Source of the DNA: a virus
DNA: 44,226 bases
UHGV virus genome: UHGV-0346409
Reading direction: 5' to 3' (one strand)
Each line of letters starts with the position of its first letter. Position 1 is the stretch's first letter. The position numbers were made by a program, and so were the translations under genes. The notes under the pieces are model-generated. The model worked only from the letters and a program-made list of their open reading frames with translations, was not told the DNA's origin and ran no database searches. Shown in pieces: positions 15,522 to 22,296 of this stretch.

Positions 15522-15926
15522 ATGAGTGGATGGAAAGAGCCTTTTACATTAGCAGAACAGATACAATTAGCATTAAATTTAGGTTATGAGGCTGTACCAG
15601 ATGAAGAGGCATATACTGGGGCATACTTCATTAAAGGTGGTAAGAAGTGGATCTTTAACATCATCGGTCTCAAAAAGACATTGAATATATCTTCAGATGA
15701 TGAACTAAGAGGGCAGGATTATGATGTTGATATGTATTTCGAAATTCGCCAAAATTGGGCACAATACCAAGATATGATCTTTGGAAGCGAAGATATCACT
15801 CCTTCACCTAAAAATGAACTTACTTCAATTTACCATGACCTGCAGGTAACGGATGAACCCAGGGAAATGGTGTATCTTTCTGATGGGATGTGGCTGGATC
15901 CCAACGGACGAATTGTACAACGATAG
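15522..15926 (+). CDS. Hypothetical acidic protein
   Basis: 134-aa ORF. By my count about 23 D/E versus 12 K/R. No recognisable family. Confidence 0.55.
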   Translation: MSGWKEPFTLAEQIQLALNLGYEAVPDEEAYTGAYFIKGGKKWIFNIIGLKKTLNISSDDELRGQDYDVDMYFEIRQNWAQYQDMIFGSEDITPSPKNELTSIYHDLQVTDEPREMVYLSDGMWLDPNGRIVQR

Positions 15927-16035
15927 CACTCGAACACACTCAGTAATCGTCTATAAGGCCAGCACTTGTTACTTGGTCATTTGGGGTTGCTGGTCTTCTC
16001 CATTAAATCGACTAAAGTCTGTTCCATAGAGAGAG

Positions 16036-16641
16036 TTACTTGCGTTTAAAAAGGTATTTTGTCACGACCAGCACGAGGCCGAATACCTCTGTCAAAGTAC
16101 CGCCCATGTACAACTGTAGTGTTAAATCCTCAAATTCCAGCTTACCTGCGCCGTCGGCAATAAATACACCATTCATTATCAGAAGTTGGCAAGCAAGGAT
16201 AATCAGGAACCATTTCCCGTATCGTTTTTTTAGAGCGATTTCTGCTTCAAAATCTTTGTTGTTGAGTTGTTTGCGCTCATGCTCGGTATCAAGTGAATTC
16301 ACCTGTTTCACAGATGTGAACTCGGTCAAGATTTTACTCTCAGTACGGGTGACTTGTTGAGAGGGTGTAACAGTTGGAATTCTTTTGCTAGACGCAGCTA
16401 CAGCCATTTTGCGAGCTTCGGCAGCTCTTTTTCTGGCTATTCCGCGAATACGGACAGCCGTTTTTTTGGGGGCGTGCGAAACCTTTGGCTGAGGTGAAGT
16501 TTCGTCAGGAGACTGAACCGGGGTTTCATCGTCCCCCGGCTCAACCTCTTCTGCTAACTGACGGTGTAGGTTGAGGGAATCCTTCAGTCGGCGTGCAACT
16601 TCCTGTTTGAAACGGCTGTTAAAATCGTCATCCGATGGCAT
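16036..16641 (-). CDS. Membrane protein: charged, low-complexity N-terminal region plus two C-terminal TM helices
   Basis: 201 aa. The hydrophobic segments are WFLIILACQLLIMNGVFIA and TLTEVFGLVLVVTKYLF. It sits 9 nt downstream of the ImmA/IrrE gene. Confidence 0.7.
   Translation of the reverse strand: MPSDDDFNSRFKQEVARRLKDSLNLHRQLAEEVEPGDDETPVQSPDETSPQPKVSHAPKKTAVRIRGIARKRAAEARKMAVAASSKRIPTVTPSQQVTRTESKILTEFTSVKQVNSLDTEHERKQLNNKDFEAEIALKKRYGKWFLIILACQLLIMNGVFIADGAGKLEFEDLTLQLYMGGTLTEVFGLVLVVTKYLFKRK
16037..16117. repeat. Intact partner of the repeat at 12436..12515 (3' end of the 2-TM gene)
   Basis: Aligned by eye; roughly 93 percent identity by my count. Confidence 0.8.
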
Positions 16642-16650
16642 TCTAAAGCG

Positions 16651-17139
16651 TTACCCCAACCTCAAGTTCTTTAAACGATAAGTCATCGCATCGTCAGATA
16701 CGCCAAAATAATGCGCCATTATATAACTTGGTTGGCCGTCAGCGTGCAGTTTTCTGACCTCATCAACCGGCATCAGAAGTTCTGCTGCGAACTTGTTCGC
16801 AAAAATTTCATCAGGATGCGTTCCGGCGCTTGCGGTTTCGCCACGTAAATCAACGTACTCATATTCATCACTATGCGATGCTTGCCGGGCGATGTAATGC
16901 CCCAACTCATGCCCACATGAAAAACGTTGACGAACTTTGTTGTCATCACTGTTTAGAAAGATCGCTGGATCTTGATCTTTTTGTTTAATCAGTGCGCCAG
17001 AAACTTTCCCAGGAAGATCGGTAATAAAAACATCTAATCCCATGTCGTGAGCAATTTTCGCTGGATCAACAGGGAAACCACGCCCGCACCAGAACGTGTC
17101 CAGCACTCGCCGGGCGTGCTCTCTTGGGTTGGTAGCCAT
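16651..17139 (-). CDS. ImmA/IrrE-family (DUF955, M78-like) zinc metallopeptidase, stand-alone without HTH
   Basis: HELGH motif in SCGHELGHYIARQ with a downstream ...FANKFAAELLMP. GGAGGAG RBS. Confidence 0.8.
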   Translation of the reverse strand: MATNPREHARRVLDTFWCGRGFPVDPAKIAHDMGLDVFITDLPGKVSGALIKQKDQDPAIFLNSDDNKVRQRFSCGHELGHYIARQASHSDEYEYVDLRGETASAGTHPDEIFANKFAAELLMPVDEVRKLHADGQPSYIMAHYFGVSDDAMTYRLKNLRLG

Positions 17140-17194
17140 AGCTCCTCCAGTTACTGCATTACGATTGTTGGTCGAAATATAGACAACATGTTCC

Positions 17195-17237
17195 GTACCA
17201 CTTTCCTGTGAAAGTGCAAATTCTGCACTTCTGGTAC
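17195..17237. promoter_or_regulatory. Nested palindromes upstream of the ImmA/IrrE operon (candidate operator)
   Basis: GTACCA...TGGTAC encloses CACTTTC-CTGT-GAAAGTG and AGTGCA-AATTC-TGCACT. Confidence 0.4.
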
Positions 17238-17572
17238 GATATTAACTGTTAGTAGTAAAGTCTTCCAGATAAATCACTTTAAAATCTTGTGAATTGCTTG
17301 CTTTTTACGCTGCATTGTGGATGGCTCAATGTTTCCAGTAAAAACATACATGATAATCATGACATTAGTGGTTTTTTAAGCGTCCATATGTTTCTTAAAA
17401 AAATGGATGCCACAAGAGGCCAGATGAGAACGGAAAGGGAAGGCTATTACATGTGTGATTTATTACATCTGTAAAAAAATACAGATCTAACTTGATCTTT
17501 TCATTGAAGTTTTTCTTGGTCCTGGATAGGATCTGGAGGTTGCGAAGTTTTTAGAGTCGCATCAAAGGGAAA

Positions 17573-17598
17573 GCCCTGACAGCGCCAACTGTCAGGGC
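17573..17598. repeat. Strong 10-bp hairpin GCCCTGACAG-CGCCAA-CTGTCAGGGC
   Basis: Read directly. The minus-strand reading is followed by TTTCCCTTTG (a weak U tract). Confidence 0.5.
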
Positions 17599-17616
17599 CA
17601 TACAAAAACATCGGTT

Positions 17617-17678
17617 AATGCTTTCGTTGAGATCTCGGTTTGGGAGATTACCTCAACCGGGATCCCGTGTAAAGCATT
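17617..17678 (+). promoter_or_regulatory. Compact structured element about 30 nt upstream of the 92-aa ORF
   Basis: The closing helix AATGCTTT/AAAGCATT encloses the hairpin GTTGAG-ATCTC-GGTTTGG-GAGAT-tac-CTCAAC and the palindrome CGGGATCCCG. Confidence 0.35.
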
Positions 17679-17706
17679 CATTACCGAAAATGATATAGGT
17701 CAATGA

Positions 17707-17985
17707 ATGAAACACATCTGTAAAAAGTCACATCGTCACGACAGTATGTTTGATGTTCTTTCTGCAAATCAGGGTAACGTTGGGCGGCACAAGTGTTGTG
17801 GATGTGCCTATGATAAAGGTATGTGGCATGCATTAATCGGCGTTCCGCGTGCGGTTGATGACTCTGTTTTAGGTGATTTACCCGAAAGCCAGGCTGGGCA
17901 TGTCCGTCATAAAGATGCTTTTGAAGCATATAATATGGGCTATGACCATGGGATGCATAAAAAAGCCTACGGTATGGCCTCATAA
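17707..17985 (+). CDS. Hypothetical Cys/His-rich small protein
   Basis: 92-aa ORF (HKCCGCAYDKG...) followed by a strong terminator. Weak RBS and an uncertain start (alternative MFDVL). The antisense 130-aa ORF looks spurious. Confidence 0.45.
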   Translation: MKHICKKSHRHDSMFDVLSANQGNVGRHKCCGCAYDKGMWHALIGVPRAVDDSVLGDLPESQAGHVRHKDAFEAYNMGYDHGMHKKAYGMAS

Positions 17986-18005
17986 TCTGGTGCAAATGAA
18001 TAACT

Positions 18006-18032
18006 AACCCGCTTCGGCGGGTTTTCTTTTTT
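18006..18032 (+). terminator. Intrinsic terminator
   Basis: AACCCGC-TTCG-GCGGGTT followed by TTCTTTTTT. Confidence 0.8.
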
Positions 18033-18103
18033 ATAGAACCCTGCGATGTGAAAACGAATAATAAATTTTGCAAATAATGCAGTTTTTATTATTCGAGGTA
18101 ATT

Positions 18104-18745
18104 ATGAAAACCTTCTATGAGGACTGGCCTGAAACTTTCGTTAGCCGATTAGATATGTTACGAGCTCTGGATGATCGCGGCTCGACCCGGAGGCTCTATC
18201 TTGAGCGGACCGGGGCAATATTTGACGCTCTGGCAGAAGAGATACGTACAGCCGTTGCCGGGCATCCTGAAATCGACGTGAGTGAACTTGATATCGGGCC
18301 GCTGTATCGCTATTACAAACGTGGAGAAAAGGGGAATCCGCTGGCTGACTTACTTATTGAGTTGGCTCCACCAACTTGTGAACGGGTTCGTATATCTCCT
18401 GAAGTGTACACAATCCCGTATCTGTTTTTTGCACTGTTGATAGCGCAAGGCGCTGACAACGATGCCCGCGATTTTTTCAATATGATGATGCGACCGTTGA
18501 TCATCGCCTACCGTTTCAAACAACTGGCGCGCTACCTTGGCACGAAGGGCGGAGGACGACCACAGCACAGATTAAAAAGCGAAGCCATTGAACTGGCTGA
18601 TCGTTTTTTTACTGAAAACCCGACAGCGCCATTATCGCGTGGTGTGCAATACATATCCGGTATTTTTGTGGCGAAATACTCTGACCCACCTGCAGCGTCG
18701 ACGATTAGAAAATGGTTAATTTCAATTTACAGGAGTGATAAATAA
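18104..18745 (+). CDS. Hypothetical protein (213 aa from MKTFYEDW)
   Basis: GAGG RBS 7 nt upstream of the ATG at 18104. No family recognised. Confidence 0.6.
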   Translation: MKTFYEDWPETFVSRLDMLRALDDRGSTRRLYLERTGAIFDALAEEIRTAVAGHPEIDVSELDIGPLYRYYKRGEKGNPLADLLIELAPPTCERVRISPEVYTIPYLFFALLIAQGADNDARDFFNMMMRPLIIAYRFKQLARYLGTKGGGRPQHRLKSEAIELADRFFTENPTAPLSRGVQYISGIFVAKYSDPPAASTIRKWLISIYRSDK

Positions 18746-18838
18746 TGACCATAAACGGTTTAATCCCCTATAAAACCGTTTAATAAAATTCACGACGTGA
18801 ATATAATTGTTCATTATTCCCTCATTGTATTTGGCGTT

Positions 18839-18876
18839 ATGACAAATGCCATAAAATACTGTATAAATGTACAGGT
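18839..18876 (+). promoter_or_regulatory. SOS-type promoter: ATGACA-17-TATAAA overlapped by the LexA box TACTGTATAAATGTACAGGT (18857..18876)
   Basis: CTG-N10-CAG with an AT-rich core, close to the consensus TACTGTATATATATACAGTA. It overlaps the -10 as in classical SOS genes. Confidence 0.75.
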
Positions 18877-18896
18877 AATGGCGTTAGGGGGAAGAC

Positions 18897-19076
18897 ATGA
18901 ATATTCAAGAATCTATAGGCGAACTACCGGAAACATGCCGGGCTGTTATCAAGCGTAAGGACGGACACATCGTTGGTGTGCGTGTTCTGACCGATGATGA
19001 ACGGATTGCCAGCCTGATGGCGTTTCTCGAGTTGGCAGAAATAGCTGGATATACTATTACACCCCCTGATGCGTAA
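18897..19076 (+). CDS. 59-aa ORF under the LexA box (candidate small antirepressor); below the ORF-track length cut-off
   Basis: GGGGGAAG RBS. Translation MNIQESIGELPETCRAVIKRKDGHIVGVRVLTDDERIASLMAFLELAEIAGYTITPPDA. The minus-strand ORFs listed here are shadow frames. Confidence 0.55.
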   Translation: MNIQESIGELPETCRAVIKRKDGHIVGVRVLTDDERIASLMAFLELAEIAGYTITPPDA

Positions 19077-19152
19077 AACACGGTATAATGTCGGTGCTGG
19101 ATTGAACACCCAGCACCACTTCTGAACACTGCCGCGCCACCTGGAGTTAACC

Positions 19153-19749
19153 ATGGCGCAGCATTCATTTATCAGGGTATCCGGCGGTTCGCTAATACCC
19201 GCGACACCAGACACGCAACGCTGGTTGACTGAACGAGTCAAACCAGGTGCTGTTGTGTATGCAGATTTCAAACAGGCGCGTAATCCCGCGTTTCATCGTA
19301 AATTTTTCTCACTTCTCAACCTGGGCTTTGATTACTGGCATCCCTCCGGAGGGGCTATTTCTCCTGCGGAGCGCGAACTGGTTCACGGATACGTTAAGTT
19401 ACTGGCGTATTACGGTGGGCATGGTGATGTCATGGCTGAGCTGGCTGATCAGTATCTTCTCGATGAGTCGGAAAAGCGCGCGGGGAATATCAGTGCGGTG
19501 AAGTCGTTCGAGGCGTTTCGCGCCTGGGCGACTATGGAATCTGGATTTTATGACGTTCATCAGATGCCAGATGGTAGTTTGATGCGTGTACCTCGTTCAA
19601 TCTCGTTTGCTGCGATGGACGATCTTGAGTTCGGTCAACTGTATTCAGCCGTTTTAGATGTGCTGTGGAATTATATTTTGTTCCGCACGTTTGCCTCTCA
19701 GGAGGCCGCTGAAAATGCTGCCGCGCAGCTGTTGGATTACACATCATGA
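19153..19749 (+). CDS. DUF1367 (YbcN-like) protein
   Basis: 198 aa. SFIRV...FHRKFFSLLNLGFDYW resembles the DLP12 YbcN family. It sits in the nin-region position upstream of YbcO/Q. Confidence 0.7.
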   Translation: MAQHSFIRVSGGSLIPATPDTQRWLTERVKPGAVVYADFKQARNPAFHRKFFSLLNLGFDYWHPSGGAISPAERELVHGYVKLLAYYGGHGDVMAELADQYLLDESEKRAGNISAVKSFEAFRAWATMESGFYDVHQMPDGSLMRVPRSISFAAMDDLEFGQLYSAVLDVLWNYILFRTFASQEAAENAAAQLLDYTS

Positions 19750-20039
19750 AAAAAATCGACCTGAGAAAAGCTGCACGTGGTCGCGCTTGTACTGTGCGTA
19801 TCCCCGGTGTGTGCAATCACAATCCTGAAACCAGCGTACTGGCTCATTATCGTCTCGCCGGAATGTGCGGCACAGCCATCAAACCTCACGATATGCAGGG
19901 CGCTATCGCCTGCAGTGCGTGTCACGATGCCATCGACGGACGTACAAAAACGGATTACGAGCACGACTCATTGTTGTTGATGCACGCTGAGGGAGTTTTC
20001 AGAACACTGGCTATCTGGCGCGATGAGGAGTTTATCTGA
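19746..20039 (+). CDS. YbcO-like (DUF1364) putative nuclease
   Basis: DLRKAARGRACTVRIPGVCNHNPETSVLAHYRL...ACSACHDAIDGR closely resembles my recollection of YbcO. Confidence 0.8.
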   Translation: MKKIDLRKAARGRACTVRIPGVCNHNPETSVLAHYRLAGMCGTAIKPHDMQGAIACSACHDAIDGRTKTDYEHDSLLLMHAEGVFRTLAIWRDEEFI

Positions 20040-20710
20040 TGAGTAACGAGTATTTATTGGAATATACCCGCATAAAACTGCGCGCTGCATTACGGGATTT
20101 GTCTGGTGGTTCTAAGGGGCAACTGGAAGCATTGTGTGAGCACCCGCCAGCAGATAAAAACGCATACCCACGCAAACATATTCATCGTGTGCAACTGGAG
20201 GACCGGACCGTTGATGCTCTGGTTACGCCAGTTTATGCCCTGGAAAGTTTCAGCAGACGTCGTCCCGCGCCGCCGATGAATGATTATGAATTCGCTGATT
20301 CATCGTGGCGCCGCGCCGTGAATTCGCTCGACGTTAGCCAGCAGGCGTGGTTGCGCTATTGCTACGGTGGTCACCTGGCGTTCAAACACCAAACAGCTAT
20401 TTGTGAGGCTGTCTGGAGTCGCTATAAAGGACACATCCCCGCGTCAACTCAGAGAAAAGTAGCTAAGCGTCTGCTTTCGTTGGTGTGGTTGTCCGTGCAG
20501 GCGGTTGCAGCAGCAAATAAACGCGAGGATTTTAAGGAGATGGCTGGATCTGCGCTAGCTGGAATGTTGTCTGTTTCTCGTTCCACCTGGTGCGAAACAT
20601 ACTCCCCGCACTGGGTAGGAATGAAAGAGGCGGTGAGAGCACTTGATGAAATGGCACTTCTTGCAACTTTGCATCATTATCAAAACCATTTAGACGACGT
20701 TTGCGTATAA
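20039..20710 (+). CDS. Late-gene antiterminator Q-like protein
   Basis: 223 aa. It lies immediately upstream of the promoter-terminator-lysis arrangement. The QQAWLRYCYG motif is as in the longer Q family. Confidence 0.55.
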   Translation: MSNEYLLEYTRIKLRAALRDLSGGSKGQLEALCEHPPADKNAYPRKHIHRVQLEDRTVDALVTPVYALESFSRRRPAPPMNDYEFADSSWRRAVNSLDVSQQAWLRYCYGGHLAFKHQTAICEAVWSRYKGHIPASTQRKVAKRLLSLVWLSVQAVAAANKREDFKEMAGSALAGMLSVSRSTWCETYSPHWVGMKEAVRALDEMALLATLHHYQNHLDDVCV

Positions 20711-20713
20711 TGC

Positions 20714-20742
20714 TTGCAAAACCGAACAAAACAGGCCATATT
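20714..20742 (+). promoter_or_regulatory. Candidate late promoter PR'
   Basis: TTGCAA-17 nt-CATATT, directly after the Q-like gene. Confidence 0.5.
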
Positions 20743-20778
20743 AAACGCTAATTTGGTATGTTGCCAAATTTCTAAGAA

Positions 20779-20800
20779 CCTCGCCACGGCGGGGTTTTGT
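20779..20800 (+). terminator. Candidate tR' terminator between PR' and the lysis genes
   Basis: CCTCGC-CACG-GCGGGG stem (one G.U pair) followed by TTTTGTCGTTT. Confidence 0.6.
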
Positions 20801-20822
20801 CGTTTCTGAATCAGGAAAAATC

Positions 20823-21206
20823 ATGTCTGAACCTCTAACCGCTGGCGTTGCTGCTGGCTCGGCGGGGGTGACGTTTGCTGCGTTATTTCCTGAGGCAACA
20901 CCTGCAGTGATGATCTGTGCGCTGGCTGGCGCAGCTCTCTATGTGTTGTCGTCCGGGCAGCATCGATTCTGGAAGCAGGTTATTTTCGCACTCATTTCGT
21001 TTGTTGGCGGTGTGTATTGCGCTGAGACAGCGTCAGCCATCATTACCGGTATTCTGAACGCGGTGCTGAGTCACCTGAACCCTCCCGTAACAGTAAAAGT
21101 CTCTCCCGCCATTGGTGCACTGGTTGCATCAGTAATCAGCGTTACATCACTGTTGCGGATCATGTCACAAGCTCGTTTATGGAAATCAGATAAGGGGATG
21201 AAATAA
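20823..21206 (+). CDS. Holin-like membrane protein
   Basis: 127 aa with three or more hydrophobic helices. It is the first gene after tR'. Confidence 0.5.
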   Translation: MSEPLTAGVAAGSAGVTFAALFPEATPAVMICALAGAALYVLSSGQHRFWKQVIFALISFVGGVYCAETASAIITGILNAVLSHLNPPVTVKVSPAIGALVASVISVTSLLRIMSQARLWKSDKGMK

Positions 21207-21490
21207 TGACCCTGCACTCTGTCCTCATTAATGCCAATGCAATTATCTGTCTGATGCTGGCACTGCGGTTGATGTTTTTTCAAAAAACAGGCCGCTATCG
21301 TTTTTTCATCTCACTAACTGCTTACCTGGCGATTCTGTCTGCTGCGTGGATAGCCCTACGAATTTTTTACGGGAAATACACGCAGGTTGATCCCGCAGAG
21401 TTCTTTCTCAATCTCACCATCTGTATTGCTGTCTGGCGGGCACGAGGGAATATTTCAAAAATAACAGGAGACAGGTATGACCGATCCTAA
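21206..21490 (+). CDS. Holin (HP1/LydA-like family 3)
   Basis: 94 aa. INANAIICLMLALRLMFF...ARGNISK resembles phage holin family 3. Confidence 0.55.
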   Translation: MTLHSVLINANAIICLMLALRLMFFQKTGRYRFFISLTAYLAILSAAWIALRIFYGKYTQVDPAEFFLNLTICIAVWRARGNISKITGDRYDRS

Positions 21491-21956
21491 ATGGCTAATT
21501 GAGGCACGAAAAAATCTCGGCATTCGGGAAATGAAAGGGAAGCAACATGCTGCAGAAATTGTGCAGTACTGGAAAGATATCAAACGCGGCGGCATTAAGG
21601 ATGATGAAACCCCGTGGTGCGCTGCCTTCACCGGAGCAATGCTGGAACGTGTAGGTATTCGCTCAACGCGTTTTGAGTCTGCGAATTCTTATCTCGATTG
21701 GGGTAATGAACTGAAGGAACCCGCCTATGGATGCATTGCTATTCTGTCTCGGTCTGGCGGTGGTCACGTTGGCTTTGTTGTCGGGAAAAATGCCGCCGGG
21801 GATTTAATGATTTTGGGTGGTAACCAGGCAGATGAAGTAAATATCAAAGCTTTTCCTCGTTCCCGCGTAACAGGCTACCGCTGGCCAGCAGGCCAAACTG
21901 ATGTTCCACAATCACTTCCATTCGTGAATGCTGAGAAATCTATCTCAGAAGCGTAG
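21477..21956 (+). CDS. Endolysin candidate (TIGR02594-type peptidoglycan hydrolase)
   Basis: 159 aa. PWCAAFTGAMLERVGI...GGHVGFVVG is the pattern I associate with TIGR02594 family proteins in lysis cassettes. Confidence 0.62.
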   Translation: MTDPKWLIEARKNLGIREMKGKQHAAEIVQYWKDIKRGGIKDDETPWCAAFTGAMLERVGIRSTRFESANSYLDWGNELKEPAYGCIAILSRSGGGHVGFVVGKNAAGDLMILGGNQADEVNIKAFPRSRVTGYRWPAGQTDVPQSLPFVNAEKSISEA

Positions 21957-21963
21957 GTAAAAC

Positions 21964-22158
21964 GTGAAAAAACTTCTCTTAGCTGTCGCGTTCTTCACGC
22001 TGGCAGGCTGCACACATTCGACATACACCGAAGCGACTCGCGCTGACGACAGCAGTATTAAACACGTGACGATCGCGCCGGGTACGAAGATTACAACAGC
22101 GAACGGTGGTTGTATTGATTCAACCGGGGCAGTGGCTTCATGCCCCGTTGGAAAATAG
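21964..22158 (+). CDS. Small lipoprotein (possible o-spanin-like or moron lipoprotein)
   Basis: GTG start, lipobox FTLAGC. No partner i-spanin and no C-terminal TM segment seen. Confidence 0.45.
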   Translation: MKKLLLAVAFFTLAGCTHSTYTEATRADDSSIKHVTIAPGTKITTANGGCIDSTGAVASCPVGK

Positions 22159-22296
22159 GGTAATTTATCTTAATGAATTGACGATTGGTCATTTGGCCCA
22201 GGCAACCTGACCACACAAAGGTGCTAAAGACAGAATCATAAATATGACATATTTTTAAATGCCGATTTAACTGGGTATTTTTTAATAGGAAATTAT

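Noticed and set aside
17681-18073. 130-aa minus-strand ORF
   Set aside because: It has His/Arg/Tyr-rich junk-like composition. It runs antisense through the plus-strand ORF and straight through a strong plus-strand terminator hairpin.
18905-19271. Minus-strand ORFs of 87 and 115 aa
   Set aside because: They are shadow frames opposite the RBS-equipped 59-aa plus-strand ORF and the start of the DUF1367 gene. They have no RBS and would run into the SOS promoter.
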